From a virus: 37,038 nucleotides of DNA. The stretch spans positions 1-37,038 of IMG/VR virus record IMGVR_UViG_3300045988_084091, one strand, 5' to 3'. Numbering within the stretch: position 1 is the stretch's first letter; each line of letters opens with the position of its first letter. The position numbers and the translations under genes are program-made. The notes below the pieces were generated by a model, which worked only from the letters and a program-made list of their open reading frames with translations, had not been told where the DNA came from and made no database searches. Positions 7,022-16,162 of this stretch are shown one piece after another.

Positions 7022-7277
7022 CCCGCGCCGGAGACCGGCGACGATGGCAGACGTGCAGCGCGCGAAGGACACGGCGACGGCAGATGCCTGCCGCGTGACA
7101 CTGGCCATCTTTTTCACGGCCCTGCTGGACAAAGAGGGCATGGACGCGGAGCAGCTCCAGCGCATCTGGCGCGAGGTCGAGGCGCTGAGCGAGAGCGTGC
7201 GCGACGGATATGTCTCCGCGCCAGACCTGATCCGCGTGCTGCGCGATGAGTACGAGATCGACATTGTAGGAGGGTAA
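7005..7277 (+). CDS. Hypothetical protein, 90 aa
   Basis: ATG at 7005 overlaps the upstream gene end. Basic N-terminus and helical body. Confidence 0.6.
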   Translation: MPKRINPRRRPATMADVQRAKDTATADACRVTLAIFFTALLDKEGMDAEQLQRIWREVEALSESVRDGYVSAPDLIRVLRDEYEIDIVGG

Positions 7278-7281
7278 AGCC

Positions 7282-7863
7282 ATGCGTAGAAAACCGCTCG
7301 CGCCGCTTACGCCGGAACAGCAGCAGCTCGCAGCGGACAACGAGCGTCTGATCTATCTGGCGATCCGTCGCTACGCACCGAACGAGGACGCCGATGAGCT
7401 GTATGGGTACGCTGCCGAGGGCTTGCTCAGAGCCGCGAGTACATACGATCCAACGCGCGGAAAGTTTTCTACGCACGCGATGTGGTGCATGCGCGGCGCG
7501 GTCGTCTTCAATCAGCGCTGCGCGAAACGGAAGAAGCGTTCAGGAAAACTGGTACTGCACATGGATGACGTTGACGCGGTTGACCCGAACGAAGAATATA
7601 ACGCGGAAATGTGCGGTGTCGCGCCGCTGAAAGACAGGCCGTGCCTGTCGCTGGACGAAACCGGCGCGGATGTTGAACGCTTTCTGCGGTCACTTCCTGC
7701 GCGCGATCGTGAACTCGTTCGTATGCGCATTGGCGGCGACACGCTCAAAGAAATTGGAGACACATTTGGAATCACAATTCAGGCAGCCAGCGCGCACATG
7801 AAGCGCATAGCAAATAAGTGGGAAGCATTTGAACTCTATGGGACACAAGAAAGGAAAAGATAA
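7282..7863 (+). CDS. Sigma-70 family RNA polymerase sigma factor (phage-encoded), 193 aa
   Basis: A region-2-like segment (ELYGYAAEGLLRAASTYDPTRGKFSTHAMWCMRGAV) and a region-4 HTH (LPARDRELVRMRIGGDTLKEIGDTFGITIQAASAHMKRI). ATG follows GGAGGG. Confidence 0.75.
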   Translation: MRRKPLAPLTPEQQQLAADNERLIYLAIRRYAPNEDADELYGYAAEGLLRAASTYDPTRGKFSTHAMWCMRGAVVFNQRCAKRKKRSGKLVLHMDDVDAVDPNEEYNAEMCGVAPLKDRPCLSLDETGADVERFLRSLPARDRELVRMRIGGDTLKEIGDTFGITIQAASAHMKRIANKWEAFELYGTQERKR

Positions 7864-7865
7864 CA

Positions 7866-8108
7866 ATGAACGAAAACGCAATGTGGGAAGGCGTGCGTAA
7901 CGACGCGCGCAACGAGCTACGCCTCAGCATCCTGACGGATGCGATCTTCAACGCCGCCCGGCTGAACTACAGCGGTGAAAAGCTCGCCTTTGACGACGAC
8001 GAGCTTGGTACCGTGCTCCGGGCAATGTACCCGGATGACTACAACAGCGTTCTCGCAAATCTGCAAGCGCCCAAGGCTGGCACTGCAAAGGACGGTGATG
8101 CATTTTGA
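7866..8108 (+). CDS. Hypothetical protein, 80 aa
   Basis: ATG at 7866 lies directly after the sigma factor stop. No recognisable motif. Confidence 0.6.
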   Translation: MNENAMWEGVRNDARNELRLSILTDAIFNAARLNYSGEKLAFDDDELGTVLRAMYPDDYNSVLANLQAPKAGTAKDGDAF

Positions 8109-8593
8109 CCCGTTCCGAAATTCTGAAAGCTGCAGAGCGCTGCGTCTGCACCGACCGAAATCAGCAGTACGGTGAGCCGGAGGATAACTTCCGCACGATC
8201 TCCATGCTTTGGAGCGTTTACCTCCTCGCGCGCGGCATGGAGCATCCGCTCAGTGCAGCCGACGTCGGCGCAATGATGGCGCTGTTCAAGCTCGGCCGCA
8301 TCGCTACCGGAGGCGATAAAGCGGATAACTTCATCGACTTGGCCGGATATGCCGCCTGCGCGGGGGAAATCTCAACGGAGAGCGGACGCACATCAAAAGA
8401 CGTAAAAGTTAGCGCAGGGAACAAAGACAGCGCAGAACGCGAAAAAACGGCATTTCCAGCGAGCAGGGTTGTCCGCATGACGCGCAGCGCTGACGGAGCA
8501 TACCTCGTCAAAACCGGCTGTGCTATCCGGGAAGCGCCGGACTTACGCGCAGCGCTCGACATGATCCAGCAGTACGAAAACGAAAGCACATAA
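8105..8593 (+). CDS. DUF6378-like phage protein, 162 aa (TTG start)
   Basis: The N-terminal pattern RNQQYGEPEDNF...MLW...ADVGAMMALFKLGRI...DNFIDLAGYAA matches my recollection of the DUF6378 family. The only in-frame start that covers the domain is TTG 8105, which overlaps the upstream stop. Confidence 0.5.
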   Translation: MTRSEILKAAERCVCTDRNQQYGEPEDNFRTISMLWSVYLLARGMEHPLSAADVGAMMALFKLGRIATGGDKADNFIDLAGYAACAGEISTESGRTSKDVKVSAGNKDSAEREKTAFPASRVVRMTRSADGAYLVKTGCAIREAPDLRAALDMIQQYENEST

Positions 8594-8598
8594 AGCAA

Positions 8599-8633
8599 AG
8601 CAGCGCACGAAACCGTGCGCTGCTTCTTTCTTT
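8599..8633. terminator. Bidirectional rho-independent terminator between the converging early and late operons
   Basis: Stem agcagcgcacg / cgtgcgctgct (11 bp), loop aaac, followed by tctttctttac. A-rich on the other side. Confidence 0.8.
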
Positions 8634-11600
8634 ACCCGAACAGTTTCCAGAGCTGGTTGAACTGCGCGGCCGTGTAGCCGTTTTGCAAAGCCCACACCTG
8701 CAAGTCGGCTTTCTTGTATTTGTTCTTTCCGTCCTCCGTCTTTGCGGTCTTTGCCTGATAGAAGTCTGCGATCTGCTGCAGCGAGTAGCCGCCCTCGTAG
8801 GCGGTCTCCACCTTTGCCTGCGTGTTTTCCGTGAGCTTCTGTGGCATGACATTGAGCGCGAGCCGGTCACTGCCGCCGCGTTTGCCGACGACCGTCTTGA
8901 TGATTGCCTGCATCACGTCGCCGTTGCGGTCTCTCGCATCGGCCGGAAGCGTGTCTTTTGCGGTTCCGAGCTTGGCGCGGTATACGGCGTTGTCTGCCAC
9001 GCTGCCGCTGCTCTTCGTCGTCCAAGCCGGGGTGTCGCCGCCGTCGAGCTTCGCCTTCTTCTTGCCGGCCGCCGTTGCGACTTCCAGCAGGTTTTGAATT
9101 GCGGCCGCTTTCTCCGCGTCGCTCGACTGCTTGTATACCGAACTCCGAATGACTTTCTGGATGTTGTCATAGGCCGTCTGACCGTATGCCATCTGGTACT
9201 GCCGCCTCTCGACCTGATCCAGCGACACTTTTTCGCCGTCTCTGTTTCCGCTGTTTGGCGCTTTCTTCTCCGGATATTTTATGTCGATGTTCTCGCCGAG
9301 CCGGTACAGCTCTTGGTTCACGGCGCTCGTCCGGTACTTCGTCACGCTGCCGGGATTCAGTGTCGCGTTCAGGAAGTTTTCCGCCGCCGTGCCGGTGTAT
9401 TTCTTCTCCCGCCCCCAGTTGTCCAGCGCAGCCGGAAGCGTTTCCCGAAGCCCAGGAATCTTGCTCTTCATCGCGTTCAGGCTGTTTTCCCACACGGTGT
9501 CGCCGTTGTAGGTGTCGCGCACCGTACCGTCAACCCCCTGCGCCACGCCGGACACGACGTTTGGCACAAAACTTGTTGTCTGAGAAGCACCGTAGCGCAG
9601 GGCGGCTTCCGCAACCTTCCCGCCCGTGGTATCTGCCTTGGAGTATTTATAGCCGTTCGCAATTTCCTGAAACTGCGACATAGCGGGCAGATCCATCACG
9701 CTCTGAAAAGCAGATTCCAGATTGCCGCCAGCAACATTTGTAAACGTCAGGCCCTCGTCCTTGTAGCAGTCCGCCAGCAGCGCGCCATAGGTCATCTGCG
9801 CGTTGATCGGGTCGAGGAAGCCGTTAGATACCAGGTCGTCACCGTCGCGCCACTCCGTGCTTTCTCCGGCAATCCACCGGTTGAGTGCACTAAGGTTGAG
9901 CTGTGTGCCGTTGACGCCCTCGGACTTTTCAAGCGCTTCCTTGTCCTTGTCGTCGTCCCCGGCGACGTTCATCACGCCAGCCCCGGCCAGCACCGAAAAG
10001 AGCGCGATGCCCATCGTACCGTTGAACGCGCGGCCGAAATCCGTCACAGCCTTCGCCTGTTCGGCTGCGGTCAGCGTCCCGGCCTTTGCCTTGTTCAAGA
10101 CTTTGACGACCTCCACACCGGCTTTTATAAACCCGGCAGGGGAGTATTGAATCGCTGCGCTCGCAATGTTTCCGGGCACGTTCGTGAACGGGAGCATAAT
10201 GTCGCCGAGACCGATGCTGCCGCCCTGCTTGTCCTTGATGCTGAGCTTGTTCAGTGCATTGCGCATTCCGCCCATGACACCGGACAGCTTGCCTTCGTTC
10301 TGGAACGTGCGTTCCCTTGCGATTTCCTCCGCGCGGCCGTCAAGCGCGCCTTTTGCCACCTTGCCCTTAGCTTCCAGCGCGTCAATTCCGCGCTGCGCTT
10401 CCGCCTGAATGCCGCCTTTTTGCATCTGGTCAGACGTGACCATGGCATAGTTGCTGTATTTCTCCCACGTGGAGAGAAACCGTTCCAGAAAGTTTCCGGT
10501 CATCTTGAACGACCTGCTGCCGCCGGTTTCGTATTTGCCCTGCGCGTTGGAAACGCTTGCGTCAAGGCCAGTTTCAATGTACGACTTGAGCGCTGCTTCG
10601 CCCATGCCTTTTCGTTTCGCCTTGGAGAGATAGCTCTTATCCGCAGCTACGGAGCGTGTGCCGGTGTATTTCGACAGCAGCATGTCCAGCCCGACGCCGA
10701 TGTTGTTTGACACGGCCTCTACCGGGTCATACACCATATTGCCGACAAGGTTTCTGGCAGCCGTCGCCGGTTTCGAGAGCATGGACAGATAACGATAGGT
10801 TTTGATCTGTTCGAGCGTAGACGGTTTTGCGTAGTCATACGCAATGCCGCGCACCTGGCTTTCGGCAACGTCACGCAGAAACGCTTCGCCGCCCGGCAGC
10901 TTCTTTGCCTGCTCAAGCGCCTTTTCCATTGTCCTGCCCATCTTGTTTGACCACAGACCATTTGTGCGCCGCTCCGTGCTCATGTCTTTGATGAGGTCAA
11001 CCACGCCGTCCACGTCGCCTTTTTCGATGCTGCGCAGCTTCTCTGCGTGCTGGCTCACGCTATCGAGAATCTTTTTGCGCTGCTCGTCCGACATTTTGCG
11101 CGTGCGCTCGCTGTCGTTCAGCAGTTGGATCGCGGCCGCTTCCATTAGCGCCGGGTCAGACGCGAGCTGCCGACGCTGCCGCAGCGCCTGACCGGCTTCC
11201 GTGCCATGCGCATCCCACTCTTTCATGAGCTTTGCCACTTCGGCGTAGGCATCTTTGCTGCCGCTCTCGCGCGCTTTGGCTACTTCTTTTACGATGATCT
11301 TGTGTGCAAGCACCGTGTCGGTATCGTCCCAGTCCTGCTTTTCACCGAACAGGTCTGCCTTTTCGCCCTCGTAGTCCGATTCAAAGCGCTCCTGTGCCTT
11401 CGCGTTTACCTCTTCGTCATGGTTGACTTTGTGCGTCCGGTCTTCCGGTCTCAGCCCTTCCATCGCGCGCTCGTCATCGGTGAGCACACCGTCGGTCGAG
11501 CGCGTCTGTGTCCGCGCCTCGTTATAGCCAAACTCCGCGGATTTTGCACCCTGTCCTTCCGGCAGCGTGCCGCGCTGTCCGGCGTCCATCTCCGTCTCCT

Positions 11601-13185
11601 GCTGCTGCACGTCTGCAAAATTATCACTGTTTTGTGCATCAGCCGCGTTTTCAGCGCTTTCATCCACAATTTCTCCCGCTTTTTGTGGCTGTTCTTCACT
11701 CTTCGCGGCCTCTCCGGGGATGTTCTGCGTCAGCGCTGCGCGCTTGATCTGCGCTCGCTGGTCGGCCTTCGTTCCGGCCAGCGTTTCGCCGGTCTGGCGC
11801 TCAAACTCCGCGCGCAGACCCGCGTCTTTGATGATGCGCTCCGCCTCGCTGTTCGAGATAACGCCATTTTTCAGCAGTGCGCGCACAGTTGTCTGACTGT
11901 CTTCGGCCTGCGCAGTCTCGACAGGTGCGGCCTCTGCCTGCGCTTCTGCGGCGATATTTTCTGCCTCTGCCGGTTTCGCGCTCGCTTCTGCGTTTACGTT
12001 TGCGGCCGGTTCTCCGGCACGCAGAGCAGCATTTTTCTGCGCGTCTATGCCTTTTGCGATGCCCGCCGCCGTGCCGAATGTAGACAGCGCCGCGCCGATC
12101 ATCGCGTCATACGCAGACTGCGCGAGCATTTCCTTCGCGCCTTCTGCCGTCGTGTAGTTCGCTTTTGCCGCCGCGCCCTTGTCGTAGATCGCGCGGATCG
12201 CCGGTGTCAGCAGGTCGCTCACAGCTTCCTCGGCGCCCTCGCCGACGGCGTTGGTCAGCGCGCGCACGATGCTGCGCCCCGTGTCTGTCTTTGCGAGCTT
12301 TTGTATCAGCTTTTCCGCCACGTCGTCCGCAGCGCCGCCTCCGAACAGCTTGCCGACGTCGAACATTTTCTCCGTTGCGATCTGCACGGCCGCCTGCGCC
12401 GCGCCGTAGATTACCTGCTCTCCGCCGCTTGCGCCGTCCATCATCGCCTCGCGTGCGCCGTTGCCGAAAGCCCGCACGCCCATGCTGGCAAGGCCCGCGC
12501 CGGGAATCAGCGCGTTGACCGCCATGTCCGCGCCGAGTTGCAGCCCGCCGGAGGCGATGTCCACCAGCGCGCCCGCTGCGGCGCTGCCGCCGAGATTGTC
12601 TTTCGCCGCTTCGCGCGCCTCCCACGCCGCCGTGTCTGCCGCCTCTGCTTTTGCGTACATGTTCGCTTGGTTGCGCTGCCGGGCAGCTTCCGCCGTGGCC
12701 TTGTCCGCTTCCGATACGGCATCGTCCGCGACCGTCACGCCCATGATCTGCGTGCCGCTGCGCTTACTCATCATCGCTCCGACGGCGCTTTCATAGGCGC
12801 TTTCTGCGCCTTTCACAGCGGATTTCACGATGTTTCCGCCCGCTTCCGCCGTCTTGCTCTCCTGCATATTGCTCTCGCGGTAATCATCCGAGATTGCCTG
12901 ATTCGTCAGGGCAAGCGGCGTTGTCGTGTCCGCGCTGTAACCGGCGTCGCCGAAAGCGTTGAGCAGCTTCTCCCAGAAGCCGATGTTCTCTTTCTTCTTC
13001 TGCGGCACAGGTTCAGAAATTGGCTCGGTGACAGGTTTCTGCTTGGCAGCAGTGTCTTGCGTCGCCGCCTGGCCCCACGCCTTATCCATTTTGTATTTTG
13101 AACCGCCGTAAGCCTTCTTGCCGTACTCTCTGTCAATTTTCTCCCGGCTGCTCTTTGCGTACTGTTTCAGAAAGTCAGATGCCAT
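8632..13185 (-). CDS. Very large virion-associated protein (putative internal/ejection or polyvalent-type protein), 1517 aa
   Basis: Uninterrupted 4.5-kb ORF, last gene of the late operon. The N-terminal third is Ala/Glu/Gln-rich, and hydrophobic segments follow (GTMGIALFSVLAGAGVMNVAG). ATG at 13185; TTG 13191 is also possible. Function was not recognised. Confidence 0.85.
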   Translation of the reverse strand: MASDFLKQYAKSSREKIDREYGKKAYGGSKYKMDKAWGQAATQDTAAKQKPVTEPISEPVPQKKKENIGFWEKLLNAFGDAGYSADTTTPLALTNQAISDDYRESNMQESKTAEAGGNIVKSAVKGAESAYESAVGAMMSKRSGTQIMGVTVADDAVSEADKATAEAARQRNQANMYAKAEAADTAAWEAREAAKDNLGGSAAAGALVDIASGGLQLGADMAVNALIPGAGLASMGVRAFGNGAREAMMDGASGGEQVIYGAAQAAVQIATEKMFDVGKLFGGGAADDVAEKLIQKLAKTDTGRSIVRALTNAVGEGAEEAVSDLLTPAIRAIYDKGAAAKANYTTAEGAKEMLAQSAYDAMIGAALSTFGTAAGIAKGIDAQKNAALRAGEPAANVNAEASAKPAEAENIAAEAQAEAAPVETAQAEDSQTTVRALLKNGVISNSEAERIIKDAGLRAEFERQTGETLAGTKADQRAQIKRAALTQNIPGEAAKSEEQPQKAGEIVDESAENAADAQNSDNFADVQQQETEMDAGQRGTLPEGQGAKSAEFGYNEARTQTRSTDGVLTDDERAMEGLRPEDRTHKVNHDEEVNAKAQERFESDYEGEKADLFGEKQDWDDTDTVLAHKIIVKEVAKARESGSKDAYAEVAKLMKEWDAHGTEAGQALRQRRQLASDPALMEAAAIQLLNDSERTRKMSDEQRKKILDSVSQHAEKLRSIEKGDVDGVVDLIKDMSTERRTNGLWSNKMGRTMEKALEQAKKLPGGEAFLRDVAESQVRGIAYDYAKPSTLEQIKTYRYLSMLSKPATAARNLVGNMVYDPVEAVSNNIGVGLDMLLSKYTGTRSVAADKSYLSKAKRKGMGEAALKSYIETGLDASVSNAQGKYETGGSRSFKMTGNFLERFLSTWEKYSNYAMVTSDQMQKGGIQAEAQRGIDALEAKGKVAKGALDGRAEEIARERTFQNEGKLSGVMGGMRNALNKLSIKDKQGGSIGLGDIMLPFTNVPGNIASAAIQYSPAGFIKAGVEVVKVLNKAKAGTLTAAEQAKAVTDFGRAFNGTMGIALFSVLAGAGVMNVAGDDDKDKEALEKSEGVNGTQLNLSALNRWIAGESTEWRDGDDLVSNGFLDPINAQMTYGALLADCYKDEGLTFTNVAGGNLESAFQSVMDLPAMSQFQEIANGYKYSKADTTGGKVAEAALRYGASQTTSFVPNVVSGVAQGVDGTVRDTYNGDTVWENSLNAMKSKIPGLRETLPAALDNWGREKKYTGTAAENFLNATLNPGSVTKYRTSAVNQELYRLGENIDIKYPEKKAPNSGNRDGEKVSLDQVERRQYQMAYGQTAYDNIQKVIRSSVYKQSSDAEKAAAIQNLLEVATAAGKKKAKLDGGDTPAWTTKSSGSVADNAVYRAKLGTAKDTLPADARDRNGDVMQAIIKTVVGKRGGSDRLALNVMPQKLTENTQAKVETAYEGGYSLQQIADFYQAKTAKTEDGKNKYKKADLQVWALQNGYTAAQFNQLWKLFG

Positions 13186-13187
13186 TG

Positions 13188-14339
13188 TCAAGATACCTTT
13201 CCATAGCCGACCGTTCTATAAGTATAGGTGCCGTCTCCGTTGTCGACCTCTTTCACCTTCCCACCGTTCACAAGCGCTTCCAGCTCGCTCGGCGTCACAC
13301 GACCGTAGCCGCGCACCAACGTCCACCCGGAGCCGTTCACATTCGTGATGGAACTGTTTTCGTGAATGCTCGAAAGGTCTTGCGTGCTGCTAGGCGCGGG
13401 ATCCCGCACCGGAGTCGGCGTGTCACCGCCGCCTCCGCCGCCGGTCTTGTAGGTCGATGCCGTGTAGCTCGCCGGATATGCGCCCGTGCGCTCGTAATAG
13501 AGCTTCGGGTTCTGCGCGCCCCACACTTTCTGCATCGCGTCGATCTGATCCTGCGAATAGCCGAGCGCCGCATAACCGCTGAAATCGCCGTACTTGGCGA
13601 GCGTCGCGGCCTGCTGTTCGAGGCGGCTGCGCTCGTTTTCCGAAAGCGTCGTGTCTACACTAAGCTGCTTGACCGCCGTGTTGACGATGGAGTTATCCAC
13701 ACGCTGTGCCTCGGTATAGAGCGCCTTCGCGCGTTCCGCGTCGTTCTCGCTGATTGCCTGTGCGACCGCGTTCTGATACGCCGTCTTTACCTTCTGCCGC
13801 TGCGCCTCGAGGGCGGACATCGCGTCTGCCTCTGCGGACGATACTTTACCCATGGCGGAATTGCGGCTGTTCTGCTGCGAGAGTGCGAGCTGACTGCCAG
13901 CACCGGTATTGATGCCACTGCCCGCCATCTGTTCGTTCAGGTTCGCGCGGGAAATGTCCGCCTGCGTCGATACCTGCCGCCGCGCTTCGTTGTACGTCTG
14001 CGGGATCTTCGCGGCCTGTGTGTCATAGTCCGCCATGTTCTGGTCGTAGGCCGCTTTCAGCGCGTCGGTCTTTGCCTTTTGCTGCGCGTCGTAAATCTTG
14101 TTGATGTTGTCGCTCAGGTCACTTGCCGTCGGCAGAACCGTGTTGTTGCCGACCATCTTATAACCGCTTCCGTCCGCGCCGCCGCTGTAGCCGTACTTCT
14201 TGCGGATAAGCTCTGCCTGCTCGTGTGCCTCGTTCATTCCGCCCTGATTTCCGGCCTTCTGCGCGGCTTGCCACTGCTCACCGAGCGCGGCGATTTTCTG
14301 CTTGTCGGCGCTGTTCATGATTGCGTCATTGTATGCCAT
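13188..14339 (-). CDS. Hypothetical late protein, 383 aa (coiled-coil, Gln/Ala-rich, Gly6 linker)
   Basis: ATG at 14339 follows GAGGTGA. Its stop overlaps the start region of the 1517-aa gene. No catalytic motif recognised. Confidence 0.8.
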   Translation of the reverse strand: MAYNDAIMNSADKQKIAALGEQWQAAQKAGNQGGMNEAHEQAELIRKKYGYSGGADGSGYKMVGNNTVLPTASDLSDNINKIYDAQQKAKTDALKAAYDQNMADYDTQAAKIPQTYNEARRQVSTQADISRANLNEQMAGSGINTGAGSQLALSQQNSRNSAMGKVSSAEADAMSALEAQRQKVKTAYQNAVAQAISENDAERAKALYTEAQRVDNSIVNTAVKQLSVDTTLSENERSRLEQQAATLAKYGDFSGYAALGYSQDQIDAMQKVWGAQNPKLYYERTGAYPASYTASTYKTGGGGGGDTPTPVRDPAPSSTQDLSSIHENSSITNVNGSGWTLVRGYGRVTPSELEALVNGGKVKEVDNGDGTYTYRTVGYGKVS

Positions 14340-14379
14340 CGTGTCACCTCATCATTTGATAATCGCTGGATAGGGGATA

Positions 14380-14409
14380 GGGGACACCGCCGCGCCCGGC
14401 AGCGTCCCC
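14380..14409 (-). terminator. GC-rich stem-loop between the lysis genes and the 383-aa gene (possible attenuator or processing site)
   Basis: ggggac...gtcccc encloses gccg..cggc. There is no clear U-tract, so terminator function is uncertain. Confidence 0.35.
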
Positions 14410-14420
14410 CGTGTCGATTC

Positions 14421-14666
14421 TTATTTGTGTTCCAGCAGCTGCAGCCGCGTCTCGTGGTCGTTGATCGCGTCCTCGCTGCGCTCGATCTTGTCCCACATCT
14501 CGTTGTGTTCCTTGGCGTTCCCGGCGTCCATGCGGTCAATGCGCGCCGTCAGCGCAACGACTGCGTCCGTGTTTCGCTGGATGATGGTGCTCATGCGCCA
14601 GCACGCGCCGATCAGCGTCAGCACAAACGCCGCCGCAGAAATCAGGTTTGCAACGGTAACTGCCAT
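14421..14666 (-). CDS. Membrane-anchored coiled-coil protein, 81 aa (possible lysis accessory)
   Basis: N-terminal TM segment VANLISAAAFVLTLIGACW, then a helical domain. Directly downstream of the holin. ATG follows AAGAGGG. Confidence 0.65.
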   Translation of the reverse strand: MAVTVANLISAAAFVLTLIGACWRMSTIIQRNTDAVVALTARIDRMDAGNAKEHNEMWDKIERSEDAINDHETRLQLLEHK

Positions 14667-14668
14667 CG

Positions 14669-14926
14669 TCAGCCCTCTTTCCTCGGTTCATCATAGCTCA
14701 TAGCCCGTGCGCTGTCGCCGACACCCGCGGTCGTCGGGTCGACCACGATGCCGAGCAGGCACAGGATGTTGATGACCATGCTGATGATCGTCGTCACCTG
14801 ATCCTGCGCCACACGCGGCACGACGCCGCACACGCCGAGAACCTGATACACCAGCGCCACCAGCGCCATGACGAGCGCGGTCAGCGTCGCCTTGTTCTGC
14901 AGTCTGAGTTTCCAGTTGATATTCAT
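14669..14926 (-). CDS. Holin, 85 aa
   Basis: MNINWKLRLQNKATL followed by two hydrophobic segments. This resembles the phi LC3 / Phage_holin_1 N-terminus as I recall it. Adjacent to the amidases. ATG follows AGGAGGG. Confidence 0.65.
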   Translation of the reverse strand: MNINWKLRLQNKATLTALVMALVALVYQVLGVCGVVPRVAQDQVTTIISMVINILCLLGIVVDPTTAGVGDSARAMSYDEPRKEG

Positions 14927-14940
14927 ATGTAGTCCCTCCT

Positions 14941-15630
14941 TTACTTTCCGTCAACCATGCGCTGGCACACGATCATCGTGCGCAGCATGTCCATCGTCAC
15001 GTCAAGGTTGCCGTGCTCATCGCCCTGCAGCGCGCCGCGATCAATCAGCTTCTGCGTTTCTTCCTGCGCCCATGTGGGCAGTTCTGCCACGGTGTTATAT
15101 CTGGTTGCCATATCGTCGTCCTCCTCGACTGTAGTAGTGTTTTTCGGCGTCAGCATATCCTTAAACGCCGTCCACTGCGCCGGGTCATCCACCCACGGCA
15201 TAGGGCAGTGCTTGCCCGTCACGTCGTAGTGCCGCAGCACGTGGTCGGTGTCGATGCCATAGCGCTGCATAATGTCTTTTGCCAAGGCCGCAGCGTTTGC
15301 CACGGTCTCCGGTTTGATGTAGTAGCTGCCGTCGGCGCGCTTGCGGCTGCACATCTCGATGCCGATGCTGTTGCCGTTGCGGCACTCGGGGTGCCAGTAC
15401 GCCCGCGCGCCGCAGTGCCACGCCGTGTCGACCTCGCGCACGGACTGCATCGCGCCGTGCTCGTCCACAAAATAGTGAGCGCTTGCTTGCAGGCCACCCA
15501 CGCGGTGGTAGTAGTCGCAGTTGTTGCGCGCGGTGTCGCCGTTGTTGGCCGTGTAGTGCATCACAATGTACTGCACTGGCTGCGTGCGCCCGGCGCGGTA
15601 ATTGTCCGCGTTACAAGCAATGAATTCCAT
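14941..15630 (-). CDS. N-acetylmuramoyl-L-alanine amidase endolysin (Amidase_2/PGRP fold) with a C-terminal ~55-aa module, 229 aa
   Basis: YIVMHYTAN...SAHYFVD...TAWHCG...NSIGIEMC...LRHYDVTGKHCPMPW covers all zinc-ligand regions of the T7-lysozyme-type fold. ATG at 15630 overlaps the upstream stop and follows GGAGGAGG. Confidence 0.8.
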   Translation of the reverse strand: MEFIACNADNYRAGRTQPVQYIVMHYTANNGDTARNNCDYYHRVGGLQASAHYFVDEHGAMQSVREVDTAWHCGARAYWHPECRNGNSIGIEMCSRKRADGSYYIKPETVANAAALAKDIMQRYGIDTDHVLRHYDVTGKHCPMPWVDDPAQWTAFKDMLTPKNTTTVEEDDDMATRYNTVAELPTWAQEETQKLIDRGALQGDEHGNLDVTMDMLRTMIVCQRMVDGK

Positions 15631-16148
15631 CAGCTCTCCTCCTCCCATCCGTACACGCCCGGCGCGTAGACGTTTGCGTCTGCCGTGCAAATGTAGTGCT
15701 TGCCGTTGTAGCTGACTTTGTCGCCCCGGTGATACGCATCGTGCGCGCCGGACGGCTGTACCCACTCCGGCCATTCGTCCACGCTGACGGCTGCCCACAA
15801 TGCCGGGGTCGCGTCCGGGTTAAGGTCGCGCCAGCTCGCGCCGCCGGTGTAAGCGATAGATGCAGGCTCGGTCATCTCCACGCCGATGTGCGTGCCGTTG
15901 GCGGCACCGCCGCAGTGCCAGCCGCGCATTTCCCACGGCAGCGTCTGATACACCGTGCCGCCCGCGTCCAGAAACGCGTGCACGCACACGCTCTGCCCGC
16001 CCGGCTGGTACTGGTCAAAGTATCGCGCGAGCACGGCGGCGCTCGGCTGCGGTGTGCCGATGCTGTGCAGCATGATGCCCTGCGGGTACAGCGGCGCGCC
16101 GATCTGATAACATTTGTTGTTTGTGGCAAATGCCTCGATGATATTCAT
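15630..16148 (-). CDS. Amidase_2 N-terminal half fused to a CBM5/12-like carbohydrate-binding module, 172 aa
   Basis: GIMLHSIG...CVHAFLD...RGWHCGGAANGTHIGVEM matches the first half of the fold only. The C-terminal His/Cys region is replaced by WVQPSGAHDAYHRGDKVSYNGKHYICTADANVYAPGVYGW, which is chitin-binding-type-3-like. Confidence 0.7.
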   Translation of the reverse strand: MNIIEAFATNNKCYQIGAPLYPQGIMLHSIGTPQPSAAVLARYFDQYQPGGQSVCVHAFLDAGGTVYQTLPWEMRGWHCGGAANGTHIGVEMTEPASIAYTGGASWRDLNPDATPALWAAVSVDEWPEWVQPSGAHDAYHRGDKVSYNGKHYICTADANVYAPGVYGWEEES

Positions 16149-16162
16149 GTGTTGTTACCTCC

